The notes: a model not told the origin generated them from the sequence alone. A DNA stretch of 64,000 bases from Lingula anatina (GCA_051362555.1 CM120644.1:24574534-24638533), one strand, 5' to 3'; shown: positions 24,246-36,949, counted from the first letter of the stretch. A program made the numbers and translations.

Positions 24246-25283
24246 TCACCAGGTAAAATTCACTCAGTATTATAATTTATCTTAAAAACGGGATATCTAA
24301 TTTATTTAAAAATATATATATATATATATATTTGCCATGAGTTAAATTTCATAATCGTCAGGGGCCGAAGACCCAGATATGTCGCACCTAAGCCGCCTCC
24401 GAGAGCCATACGGAGACGTTATTCATAGTAAATTTATTCTCAGATATAAGGTTCGTTTTGCATACCTGTAAACTCCTAAGGGTTTATCTTACATAGAATT
24501 AAATGTGATTTAACATCGTTTAAATCACAGGGCCGTAGCCTCCGGGGGGGCAGGGGGGGCAGCTGCCCCCCCTGGGATTTGAAGTGCAAAAAAAATAATC
24601 GCAATTTCTGACTTCTGATTGAGCAATAAATAACAGTTAAAATGCACCAGAATGCAGTATTATACATACACTTTTTAAAATTTTTCCACACCGTGGGACA
24701 CCCCCTCCCACAACCTCCCCACTCAGGGGGCTTTGCCCCCTCGTGTCCGCTTACTGCCCCCCCTGGCATTTTGCTCAGGCTACGGCCCTGAATCATAAAT
24801 CGGCATGAAATAATTGACGTTTGAAAACAGGCACAACTTCTTTGCTGCACTTGAAATGACCTCCTTAGCTATAAATATGATCCCATCACCTTGCGACATT
24901 GCATCATTCGATCGATGTACATGAGTAGTTGTCACTGTTGAAGGGAAAGCACGTCTATTTATAGGAACTGAAATCAGGTGACGCATGTACTGTTGTGTTC
25001 AGAGAGCGACTTCCGCTTGACCTACTTTCCAGTGCTGTTGGTAGAATAGTCGGTAATGAGATGAGATCTCAATTTTCTTCTCATTATACTTCAATTTAAG
25101 AAAATAAAAAGCGTGACTTGTACTTGTGTAATTTCCCACCGGTACAATATGTATTTAATAAACATACCGGGTGGAAGATTTTTGAAAAATTAATAAGCGT
25201 ACTTGGTGAAAATGGAGCGTACCGGCGGGAAGAAATTTGGAAAAATAATTAACGTACCGGTACGTTTATTTGATACTTCAGAG
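23963..25283. mobile_element. Tc1/mariner-type non-autonomous element with TA TSD
   Basis: TA-CTCTGAAGTATCGAATAAA ... TTTATTTGATACTTCAGAG-TA; subterminal AATAAAAGTACTG repeats at 23976-24120 and related repeats at 25155-25270. Confidence 0.75.
24528..24790. mobile_element. hAT-like MITE with 14-bp perfect TIR and apparent 5-bp TSD
   Basis: CAGGGCCGTAGCCT ... AGGCTACGGCCCTG; AATCA on both flanks (24523-24527, 24791-24795). Confidence 0.8.
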
Positions 25284-26427
25284 TAATTCTTGCACCCTCA
25301 AAAGATTGTCGGTCCTAAGATCTACCGAGTGAGCCACAAATTCAGACAGTTCTTCTTTATTTAAACCACTCCAAGTCAGTTGTACTAATAAAGAAGCGTG
25401 CCGTAATATGTACAGTGCGATGATAGTTATGTAGTTACGTAACGGCCTAGGAGAGCTTAATTTGATAAAAAAGACCTTTAGTTTAAAAATATGAACTTAC
25501 TGAATATATAGACATCTGAGATATAACATTAGTTTCAGTTTAGTCTGCCCTTTACAGCACAACCGAGGACGCGGAATTTGGTCCGCCCTTTACAGCACAA
25601 CCGAGGACGCGTGTGTATAGCCCGATTTCAGACAAAAAGTTGGACAGTATTTCTGATACACTCGTGGCGGGAATTTGGCCCGCGCTATACAGCATAACCG
25701 AGGACTGGCTCAGAATAGCGTCAAATTTCACCACCTAACTTGAAATGGGCCCCTTTATGCATTCCACTGCTTATGTCAACCGAGGACGTCCTCGGTTGGA
25801 GGTGTGTCCTCGGTTAGTGGGTTTCGGGCGGGTGTGTGTCCTCGGTTAGAATGCGTGCACAAGAGCACGCACACACACACACACACACACACATAGACGT
25901 TTTCTCTGTCACACACACACACGCGCAAACACACACATTGACTTTCCATCCCCAGAAATGCACTGCATGACGTCACGCTTAGCCCACTGCGCATGCGTGC
26001 ACTTTTAATGAGTTGCTAGATTGCCATAGGAAAATGAATGGGTTCGCGATTCGTGGGTAATTCGTGATAATTGACTAACTTACGGCCTGATGCCGATAGA
26101 CAGCAACGCTGTGCTATGCTTCAAGCAACTCCTGACCAAATATCGTTAGGGTTTTTAAAAAATTCTGTTGTACACACGTACTAAGAAGTTTGCCGTGTAT
26201 TGCCTAGCCTACCCTCAGCAAAACGCACATATTTTCAGAAATAGTGATTTTAGACGGTAGATTCACTCAGAAACAAAGGCAAACTAATTCGTTGCCGATA
26301 GCACCAGCAGATACCAGCACCATACAGAGGCTGATTGAAAATTTTCATGCTAATTGAAGAACTTTTACCACTGTACAATGGAGTCCAAAAAAAGCACTTG
26401 GCACAAATGTGAAACTGCCCAGTGCAA

Positions 26428-26763
26428 GGCCAAGAATTCAATCAGTATTTTCAATCATATTATCAGATTCTACATAAATTGACTGACAATATCACTACTC
26501 AGTATTTAACTATTCTCTTAATCCAAAATTCCTATCATCATTTAATAATAATGCAAAATTCTTCTTTCAGATTGCTATTTATTTTAAATTTTAATGGCCA
26601 AGAATTCAATCAGTATTTTCAATCATATTATCAGATTCTACATAAATTGACTGACAATATCACTACTCAGTATTTAACTATTCTCTTAATCCAAAATTCC
26701 TATCATCATTTAATAATAATGCAAAATTCTTCTTTCAGATTGCTATTTATTTTTAATTTTAAT
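26428..26763. repeat. Near-perfect 168-bp tandem duplication (2 copies)
   Basis: GGCCAAGAATTCAATCAG starts at 26428 and 26596; copies differ at about one position. Confidence 0.95.
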
Positions 26764-28428
26764 GCTGCAACTGTTCCAAAATAATCTTGTAGTAAAGAAA
26801 AAATGCAAATAAGAAGTGGAAGACCAATTTTACCCACACTATTCAATTATTTGAATATAAAAAGAATTAGATCACGATTTAACAAATTAAAATAATCTTT
26901 CATGAACTCTTTCATGAATAACATATTAAACAATATTAAAGTTATAAATTAGAGGTAATGGCTTATTCTGGAATATATGACCTCTGCACATCATCAGTAC
27001 CTGACTTGGTACAGTATAGTTACTATTTGGATACAGAGTTAGATTTAATAATGTAACAATACGAACAATATATATTACAATAAACTTCTCTGCACATGTC
27101 AGACGCTTGTTACCATGAACTAACACTACTTGACAACGGGCTGAGCACTTATCACAGAGTCTGTGTGCGATGCCATTGTTGTGCTGTGATTGGCTAGTTG
27201 AGTCACGTGAAGCCCTACTGTAGCGCCCTCGCGTATCGTGTGAATGCTGCACATTTCTGGCCATGTCTTTTTTTTTCTCTCTGTCATTCAATGTGGAAAA
27301 CTCCCAGTGCATTAAATGTTTCGTGATTCACAAGCTGCGTAAACTGTCTTTTCTTTTCTTTGACACGTACCTGCGGGGGTGGAGGGTGGAGGGGTGGGGG
27401 TGGAGGGTGGTGTGGGAGGGGGTGGGGGAGGGGGCACCTTGAAAATGAATCTCCGTGATACGCATGCGTGAGCTTTGTTAAACACCTCAGTTCTCTACAG
27501 CACGTCGCACTTTGCTAACGCTACAACACGAACAATCTCAGTGTAATATTCCGATCAGGGACAGATATGTATCGTCTGCGGTTTAAATAACTTGTGTCTC
27601 CTTTATAACTGGCTTTTCAAATGTGTTGCAGAGGTTTCACTTCTTTTTTACCCTTGCACGTCAAAATCAAAATCAAAATAGTCGTAGGTGTGGGAGTTTG
27701 GAGGAGAAGAGGGGGGAGGGTACAAGCACCTCAGTCATATGGAGAGGAATCAGGGGGTGGGTCCAAACGTTTTTATTCGCTATTCAAAATCTGATGTGTA
27801 AGTGCTAGTTAGTCCAAGGGTCAGCTATTGTGGAAGCGATCACTGAAGGTCCTAATCGCTGTTTCGTATATAAAAAAAACTGCTTATTAAAGTACTCGTA
27901 TGAAAAAATTCTTTTAAAATTATTGTGCAAGGTATATTATCAGAGAAGCCGGCCCATCATCTCCACCTTGTGTTGTCTCCGTTTTCTCGATATTTCCGGC
28001 CTACGTCACTTCCGGTCACAAGGGACGCGTCTAGAGATGGACGCTGTCGTCTGGGAACAGGTCTCAGGAACTCGACACCTGTCTACATCCAGAATATAAC
28101 ACAAGGTTCTTTACGCGACAAACTAAGACCAGTCTTGACAATAATATGTGTAGTGCAGCACTGTACATGGTCATTTTGGTAATTAACGATTTCATCACTT
28201 ATAGGCCTACATGTATTTACAACATTAGAAAATGGAAAACTAGATAAAATATTTTCGTAAGATTATACATCAATCTAATTCACCCTGCATTGTGTCAAGG
28301 TTTTAAAAAGAAAGGATAAGGATAATTTAGGGATGGCTAGTTAGCAAAGAAATATGCAAAACTCATTAGGTGTCCTTAATTTTCTTTGTGCGATTTTACG
28401 TACATCTGAACCGTGGAATATTTCAGAG

Positions 28429-28467
<39 letters not shown>

Positions 28468-28639
28468 TGGTATAAAAGGTGTTCATTACAAGCTGAAACA
28501 GTGGCAATGGTACACTGGTAACAAAGACCCTATAGGCTATTATATAGATAATACTTTAACATTAACAATAGGTTAATGTTTAACGAGGTGGATTTATATT
28601 ATGCAAATTAAGTTTATTTCAATTTTTTTCCCTTTTACG

Positions 28640-28930
28640 AGAATCACTGAAAGATCATATGATCTTGACCAGACGGGGAAAGGTAACGCCGTGGTTGTCT
28701 ACGACACCGTCTTTCTGAACGATGGCAACATTTACAATGAAGACACGGAGAAATTCACCTCCCCGACCTCAGGGGTCTACGTCTTCCATTACCATAGACT
28801 CAGCCACAACAAAAAGCCCGTATATGTCAGATTGAACCGTTATGGTCAGATAATGAATGCTTGTACTGTAAACCTTCTACGGGGTTTGCGACAGGCAGTA
28901 ATACTATTGCTTTATTTCTCGTGCATGGTT
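28640..28930 (+). pseudogene. C1q-domain exon relic, copy 2
   Basis: VVVYDTVFLNDGNIYNEDTEKFTSPTSGVYVFHYH..VYVRLNRYGQ, then a frameshift before GFATGSNTI; truncated by the duplicated promoter segment. Confidence 0.8.
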
Positions 28931-29617
28931 ACTGATAGACTTTGATACCGTCCTGGTTATTGACAACATCACCTGATTGTGGTGTGTTGATCGGTGACAT
29001 ATTTAAAGCAGGTATTACTTTAGATAACCTACTAAACGATATATACACGTACACAACAACCTTGGCAGCAGTACAGCGGGGCGGTCGGTGTGTAGTGGGG
29101 GGGGGGGGGGGGGTATTACATGTACCATGACAATGGCTTGGTGTATAGAAGCTAGGGACTGGATTAGATCTTCATTTCGACCAAGTTTAATATATCATAC
29201 ACATTTTAGATTGACATTCTTGTGTAAACAAGGCTTCCATACTTAACAAAGATACACGTACAGCCCAGACTCCTGCTCCTTATTTCACAGTGTTTAATTA
29301 AATGTAAGCCTCGAACCTTAGCCTTCCATATACATGTGCTACGATATATCTTCATCTATTCGAAAAACTTCAACTCCAATTCAACTGTCGCCCCGTATTT
29401 CATAACCTATATACAGGTTTTAGACTTTGATACCGTCCTGGTTAATAACAATATCACCTGATTGGGATGTGTCCATCGGGTGACAAATTTGAGGTAGTAT
29501 AGATAACTTATTAAATGATATATAAGCGTGCTCAACTGCTTCGGCAGCAGTAGAGCGGGGCGGTCTGCGTGTAGGAGGTGGGGCGCGCGCGCTGTGCCCA
29601 TTCTAGGCGCCTATACC

Positions 29618-31888
29618 ATGGCAATGGCTTCGAAAGAGATGTGCAGCGTCTTCAGTGAGAACTTTTTAACGTGTCATATATGTCTGGAGGAATATAAAGA
29701 CCCGAGAGTGCTCCCCTGTTACCACACGTTCTGCCTAGAATGTATTGCTGACCATGCAGCCAAGAATGGTGTCCAGAACAAGTTCTCCTGTCCCGTGTGT
29801 CGCCAAGAGACCCCTGTACCACCAGGTGGGTTAGAAACTCTCGTGAAAAACTTCTTCTTAAGAAAAGTAACAGACTTTATGAAAGACCAGAGAGCGCCCG
29901 AGGGGAGACTTTGTGAATATTGTAACGATAAAGAGGCCACATTCATGTGCAAAGGATGTCCAAAAACCAACCAACTGTGCGCTACATGTCGTGGCATTCA
30001 CGACAAAATACCGTTTTGTGAGTGTCATTCGTTAGTACCTCTGTCACAAGTCGATTTCTCAGTTAACCCAGTTGACAGGCGAGATCAGTTACGCGACGTA
30101 TTAGATAAAGCTCAAAAGTGCGATAAACACGACGGAGAAACGCTGGCATACTATTGTGAAAACGATGACACTGTAATATGCAGAGAATGTATTGTAGAAA
30201 CTCACAGTAAACACGAATTCCAAAAATTAGGGGATGTGGTGAAAGTTCAACGAGATCTAATACAGGCCAAGCTTAATTGTCTAACAACCGAAAAACTGTC
30301 TCGTTTTGAAAAGGCAGAACAAGCCATTGTGGAAACTGAAGACGGGCTGACTGAAAATCAGACAAAGGTTATACGTTTGGTGGATTCTCAGCAATTATCT
30401 ATGACTAAGGAGATAAAAGAAAACAGTAAAACAATTGAAAGAGAAATTAAAAATTATTATCAACAAATAGAGAAGGACGTACGTCAACAGACAGACGACT
30501 ATTTGAGCACTGTCAAACAGCATTTGGACACTTATGAAACAAAAGTACAGTCAGATTACATCGAAATGCAGAAAGTTATAGATGACAAAAGCAAGGAAAT
30601 AACGACAGAAGTTAGGGCACTCACCTCCACGCAGGTGAAGACTTTAGAAGCTGAAAAGGACAAACAAGAAATGAGCAAGATTTCCATTCAGAGTATTCGT
30701 AATTTCGCTCAGCAGCTCACAGACACCGGTTCTGACATCGAGGTCATGACCCACTCTAAAAAACTCCAAACTAGAATTAAGGAGTTAGAGACAGTAGAAC
30801 CAGTCTTTGATACCAAGTTCACCGATATAACATTTACACCAGGGCAAACAGCAATGGACGTTGTGCTACAGTTACCTAAAATCCCTGAGCCACGGCCGCT
30901 GTCCATCAAAACGGGGTCCATTACGGCCAAAACATACCGGGGTCCCTTGGATGCATATTTTGGAAGTTTAAAACAAAAGAGAGCGAACTATCCTGCGCTG
31001 AAGGAATTTATGAAGGTAGCCTGGCTTGACAAACTGGAGCGGAATGTTTGTTTTAACGTGAGTGATATGCCGGGGGATATCCAGTGCACAGATGACTGTT
31101 GTATTTTAGTTTTACATGGTGGCTACAGTTCTCGTCATAATACAGTGTCCGCGTTCTCGAGCACAGGTCAATGTAATCGTGATATCAGTATAGAGGGAGG
31201 GGGGAGGTGTATCACTACAGTCAGTAACGATAGATTTGTGGTCACATGCCATGATAAATGCTGTAGACTGTATTCAACATCAGGTCAGGTTATCCAATGT
31301 TTTGGTCAGGGTGATATGTATGACCCCTGGGGTGTCACTGTGGACCGTACAGAGGGTAAGGTGTACGTGCGTGATAGTGGTGCACAGTGCATCTGTGTGT
31401 ACGACATGATATCTTTTCAACTTGTAAACAGAATTCCTATCCCAATGTGCAGTAAAAGTTCACAGCGCTGTGCATACCACCACGGCATCAATGCAATCAT
31501 AGTCAGCGACTGCAGTGCCAACTGTGTGTATGCAGTGACACCCCAGGGTGACGTCATGTTCCAATACGGAACACGGGGTCAGTTTGGAAGTGGAGACGGA
31601 CAACTGAGTAATCCACGAGGAGTGTGCGTAGATAAGTTTGGGCACATATTCATAGCTGACTACGGTAATCACAGGGTGGCTGTCCTTGGTTCAGACGGAA
31701 GATTTCTACGTAACGTATCGACAAAGAATGACGACATTTATTTGTTTTCATCAGATAATGACATCATTTTGATACCTGTGTCAATTGATGTCAACAGCAA
31801 AGGAGAGCTTGTTGTTTTAACTAAAAAACACGTAGGTCTATACACCACAGGAGAAATATCCACATATAAGTACATTACTGAGAAATGA
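29618..31888 (+). CDS. Intronless TRIM-NHL E3 ligase-like protein, copy 2 (756 aa)
   Basis: Same architecture as copy 1; N-terminal part nearly identical; NHL region more divergent with two C-terminal insertions; ATG at 29618. Confidence 0.95.
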   Translation: MAMASKEMCSVFSENFLTCHICLEEYKDPRVLPCYHTFCLECIADHAAKNGVQNKFSCPVCRQETPVPPGGLETLVKNFFLRKVTDFMKDQRAPEGRLCEYCNDKEATFMCKGCPKTNQLCATCRGIHDKIPFCECHSLVPLSQVDFSVNPVDRRDQLRDVLDKAQKCDKHDGETLAYYCENDDTVICRECIVETHSKHEFQKLGDVVKVQRDLIQAKLNCLTTEKLSRFEKAEQAIVETEDGLTENQTKVIRLVDSQQLSMTKEIKENSKTIEREIKNYYQQIEKDVRQQTDDYLSTVKQHLDTYETKVQSDYIEMQKVIDDKSKEITTEVRALTSTQVKTLEAEKDKQEMSKISIQSIRNFAQQLTDTGSDIEVMTHSKKLQTRIKELETVEPVFDTKFTDITFTPGQTAMDVVLQLPKIPEPRPLSIKTGSITAKTYRGPLDAYFGSLKQKRANYPALKEFMKVAWLDKLERNVCFNVSDMPGDIQCTDDCCILVLHGGYSSRHNTVSAFSSTGQCNRDISIEGGGRCITTVSNDRFVVTCHDKCCRLYSTSGQVIQCFGQGDMYDPWGVTVDRTEGKVYVRDSGAQCICVYDMISFQLVNRIPIPMCSKSSQRCAYHHGINAIIVSDCSANCVYAVTPQGDVMFQYGTRGQFGSGDGQLSNPRGVCVDKFGHIFIADYGNHRVAVLGSDGRFLRNVSTKNDDIYLFSSDNDIILIPVSIDVNSKGELVVLTKKHVGLYTTGEISTYKYITEK

Positions 31889-33441
31889 CTTATATGATTT
31901 AAAATTGTAATGCTATTTGAATTGTAATTAATATAACTGAGGAAATGTAGTGAACACACCTTACAAATTGCCGCCACTACAGTGTTTGTAATTGTTTTTT
32001 TGAAATTGTGCCGAAGTGCATGAAGATATACAAAGACAATATATTATATTATCAATTTTATCAATTTATTTAAGCACTCCCATTTTTTGCAGGTCAACGT
32101 TTTTCTTTTCATTTGCAGATACGTTTTTTTACTTTTAGATTTAAACTGTTATAGTGGTTTTCATTTTGGCCTATTTTGGATATTTTCTATTTTCTTCATT
32201 TTCATGTGATAAGTTTTATCAGGTAGATGATGAGTATAGAATAAAAAACAAATGATAAAGATAATAATTTGCTGGTTATATTAAAAGGCTTGATATTTTA
32301 GAAGAAAAATCGAACCGGCCTTGAAAATGTTAATTGCTTTATCTTTCATTATTTTTGTTTAGCACTGAGGTTCAGTTTTTCAAAATGTAAATAAACGCGA
32401 TCGACAGCAGAACAGTCTTTGTTTTCAGTAGTCTTTGCAATTTTAATGTCGACGAAGAAGTTGCTCCGGACATTATTAAACAAACAGTACACAGTCTTGA
32501 TGGGACTACGAAGTATAGTACCAAGTGAAAGGACATACGAGCAGGACCTCTGCTTTCTCTCACTGCGCATGAATTTATTTGTTTTTAAAATTAGAATACC
32601 CACAGGACTAGCAGGACCCCAAGAGGGAGGGGTCGTGAGAGGGAGGGTCGCAAGCTATCTAAGACATTGTGTTTGAAAGCAAAACCGTCTGTTAACTGTG
32701 TCACACACTATATTATCAAGCTGTCTAATATACCATTAAAAAATCATAAGAAAAAATTACTTGTCGACTTCTGTGGTTCACAAAGCCGTTGAATTCAATC
32801 CCTAACTGATGTTCGTACGTTTGCGTCCCGCCGCCCAGTGTGAGAGGAATGGTTGTCTTTGGAATAGATATCAGGTGTCCCATGTGGGGTGGGACATTTT
32901 TTTTTTTTTGTTGGGAGGGGGTGGGGGGGTGGGAGGGGAACATGGGTACTTGCAAAGAAATTGAAGTGCTGGGGTCATGTAGCCCAATAAGGATCCGCCC
33001 TTGTCATAATGGAGGCAAATGACGAATATTAAATCGCTCTATTATAGACTCCGAACGAATGTGTTTTTATCTGGTTGATAATTCACATAAAACCTTTTCA
33101 TGACGCTTTCAATATGACAGTATTGAGACCCAAAGATGAACAATACAGCACGTTGTCTATGAATAAAAGCGAGCTCCAGGTATGCAATCCGTCTAAGCAA
33201 CTTCTTCATCCATTCATGTCTTCTAAACACCCTGTTTTCGAAAACGCTTTCCAGACCCAGGACGTTATCATCACGTCAACGTCTGGAAATACATTGTGAC
33301 GTGACGTTACGCCGTTTAGACATGACGTTTAAAACGTCATAGAATAATAAATGCGTCATAAAGGAAAATAACGTCATAAAAGCCCACAGCTCTGCAGAAT
33401 CAAGGTAACAACAAACAAGGAGCTGGTGTTTGAACTTCACT

Positions 33442-35987
33442 ATGGAAAACAATGATAACAGCATGGACTGTACGGGGATTAAAGGAGGTAGGTATTGAAA
33501 TACATTATTCTTGCTGGAGTGTGCTTCATGAATGTTTTTTCTGTATTTTGAAATAAATAAAAATTGAGTTACACCATTACCGATACTAGTTATTCTAATA
33601 ACATTAGATATATTTGAACTTGAAGATCACTGCGAGTTCTACTGTAATACCATGCTGAGTTTAGCGAATACTTTTAGATTAATATCTAACTCACACATTT
33701 TTATGTTCATATAGGTATATTATTTGATATTGTATTATAAAACAACCGTAACTAAACAAAGGCATCCGTAACGTTCTGCCGTGTAATTCTCCTTCCGCAC
33801 AACATAGAATAAAGTCTGTAATTTTATAATAAAGAAATGATCCACACGTTTTTCACAATTATATCATTGTATTGTCGTTAGTTGTAAAAATATACTTAAA
33901 GTGATTAAATATGTAAAATACTTATATATGTTCCAGCCGACTCCGAGCGAGATATAATAAAACGCAGAATAAGTAAACAAGCTTGTGATGTGTTCAATGA
34001 TCTCCGAGAATCCGGGGCTCTCTGTGACGTCACCATTAAGTGCGACGGACGAGATTTCCACGTCCACCGCATCATCATGTCCGGGTGTAGCCCGTACTTC
34101 CGCGCTCTGTTCAGCAACGATCTCTCGGAGTCTTTTAAGTCAGAAATCCTCATCCCGAACGTTTCTGCAGCCGATATGGAGCTGATCATTCAGTATGCGT
34201 ACAGCCGACAGGTAATGTATTTATTGGTCGCTTTAAAAACAAATAAATAAATAATTTTGTATACAAATAGACACAAACTTTTGATTCAAATTCTGTCTAA
34301 CCAAATGTGTTGATAACTAGAACATTCAATGCACACTTGTTTATTTTAGACGTGTTGGAAATAAATATTTTTTGAGGGGGGGGGGGGTACATAAAGAAGA
34401 CCTCTTTCTATTCTTTCCCCTAGTTAAAGGAAATAATTCTTATTGAAAATCTGTTTCTCTTCCCGCCAGGTGCACATCACGGAGGATAACGTGGAACATC
34501 TCCTCCCGGTGGCTGACCAGTTCCACATCTTGGGCCTCGTCAAGGCCTGCTCCAAGTTCCTCCTGCACCATCTGAGCATCGAGAACTGTCTGGGAATCTG
34601 GCAGTTTGCCAAGGCCTATTTCTGCACTTATCTGGAGCACATGACGCTCAAGTTCATTCTCAGGAATTTTGGCGAGATCTCGGCGGTGAGTAACGAGATT
34701 TTGATGTTGGCTCCGGATGAGCTGTTGAGTTTGCTCAATTCGGACGACCTCAACGTCAGAGATGAGAGGTTTGCCTATGAAGCAGCTATAAGATGGATCT
34801 CCATAAAGCCTGAGGAAAGGAAAGAATACATCGTCGACATCTTAAAATCTCTTCGTTTAGGTGAGTTTTTTTTTTTCTTTTTCATTCGTTCTGGTATCAA
34901 TCAATGGTTTGTCTTTTTTGTCTTTTCATTTTAATGAATAAATGAATACATATATAAATAAAGGTTGAGTTAATTGATGCTAATTTCACTACTTCTAGGT
35001 CTTATAGGGACAGAATATTTCATGCGTCATGTGAAAACCAACGAGTTCGTGGTGGGCAACCCGGACTGTAAACCTATTATTATACAGACTCTGGCGCTGA
35101 TGCATGACTTTGAGATGACGAACGCTATGAACCTGGCTATAGGCAACCCCCTGATGCGACCTAGACTTCCCCATGAGGTACTGTGAACGATTTTGGTTTA
35201 TTCAAAATTGGGTTACAAAAATTCATTAGTTCTCGTGCTGATTCTGTATGATATGCATGCATATTCTTCATAATGGAAACATCTTTAGGGTGCCGAGGTA
35301 ATTGTATAGTTTCCAGATCTGTGTTTCAAAAAGCGATTCTAGCGTCCCGGGCCTATTGTCGTTTTTCAATTGAAAAAATAGAAATTGATAAAATATATTA
35401 CTGCTTAAAAGTACTGGGTACAGACATGAAATTGATTTATTTTTAATTAATATTAAGTAAAAAGTGACCTTCGTGTCCATTGTGTTTGTTCCAGTTGTTG
35501 TTTGTTATTGGAGGGTGGAGCGGGGGGAGTCCGACCAAAGCCATCGAGGTGTACGACTCCCGAGCTGACCGCTGGAACCTCATGGACCCGGATGTGGAGG
35601 ACACCGGTGAGGGCTCCCTCTGTCTGTCTGTCTGTCTGTCAGTTTTACGTTCACTCTTCTTATTTCACTTGAACTCGACTCTTTCTGCTTTTTTTTTTTT
35701 TTTTTTTGCTTTAAAACGTTCATTTAATTGCGAAAATATTGATTTATATACTTCATCTATGGTATCTATTATTCAATCAGTTAATCTGTTTATTAGTTTA
35801 TTTAATTATTTAAAATAATTTTTCATTAACCGGCCAGCCACAGCACGAGCGTACCACGGGTCGGTGTATCTGGGCGGTAAGATCTACGTGATCGGCGGCT
35901 TTGACGGCACTGAGCAGTTCAGCAGTGTGCGCGTGTTTGACCCCGAGACACGTGCCTGGGCTGAGAGCGCGCCCATGCACCACAAGA

Positions 35988-36031
<44 letters not shown>

Positions 36032-36911
36032 GATAAAGAAACTGGGCTTGCTTCCATTATTTGTGTTTGTTATGTTTATTCAAGCTACTTATTTTCGTCA
36101 GTTGAACTGCTTTCCAAAATTCCAAAAATCCGATCATAAAAATCGTTAAGTTGCCTGCACAATATGATTGCAAATAACTTTTTGGTTGTGTTACGTGCAT
36201 GTAGTTCACTTTTTCCAGGTGTTACGTGAGTGTCGTGGTCTGTGAGGAGCTTATCTACGCCATGGGAGGTTATGACGGCCGTCATCGTATGAACACAGCA
36301 GAACGCTATAACCCCAAGTACAACCAGTGGTCCTTCATCTCCCCCATGCACCAACAGAGAAGTGATGCCTCGGCTGCCACCTTAGATGGTGAGAGAGTGA
36401 TGCTAACAGACTTAAGGCTACATTAATATGCTAATGACTTTTTGTCAAAAATAAAACAGATGTTAAATGAGTAAACGAAAAGATAATGAACATTCCTTCT
36501 TAGGTATAGTCCCAACCATTTTCTGTTCTACTAAAATATTGCTAAAGCAAATGTTCATCGTCAATCAGATATATTTATTTATTTATTGATCTGTTTATTT
36601 ATTTTTAAGGAAATGTATATATAGTCGGCGGGTTTAATGGAAATGAGTGCCTGAGTGCCGCGGAGTACTACACGCCAGCAACCAATCAGTGGACAGAAAT
36701 CACGCCAATGCGGAACAGACGAAGCGGAATTGGTAGGTTAAGAATAAAGGCACATTTGGTTCATCATTATCATTATACAGACATTATATTATTTTGAAAA
36801 GTTAATCAGTCATGTTCATTATGCAATATACGTTTTACCACCTGTCTTACTGACTTTCGTGAGATAATCCCGAGCAACATTAAACAGGACTGAGAACAGA
36901 TTTCACGTTGC

Positions 36912-36949
<38 letters not shown>

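Larger units (their letters stand above)
19268..25853. mobile_element. Large putative TIR element with AACCGAGGAC subterminal repeats, enclosing a satellite and nested MITEs
   Basis: 22-bp inverted match CATTCTAACCGAGGACACACAC (19268-19289) and GTGTGTGTCCTCGGTTAGAATG (25832-25853); motif repeated at both ends; TSD and true left end not resolved. Confidence 0.6.
27346..32570 (+). repeat. Segmental duplication: second copy of the C1q-relic/TRIM-NHL cassette (first copy about 29-14110)
   Basis: 29-421 aligns to 27346-27755; about 9832-13450 aligns to about 28273-31880; about 13850-14110 aligns to about 32290-32565. Confidence 0.9.

Noticed and set aside
27374-27436. G-run cluster with G-quadruplex potential (also 59-91)
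   Set aside because: Poly-G tracts are frequent across the window and the two paralogous tracts are not conserved in detail
29528-29617. GTG-initiated N-terminal extensions of the TRIM ORFs in the track (also 11219 and 44540)
   Set aside because: Eukaryotic genes; first ATGs align across paralogues and the extensions are not conserved
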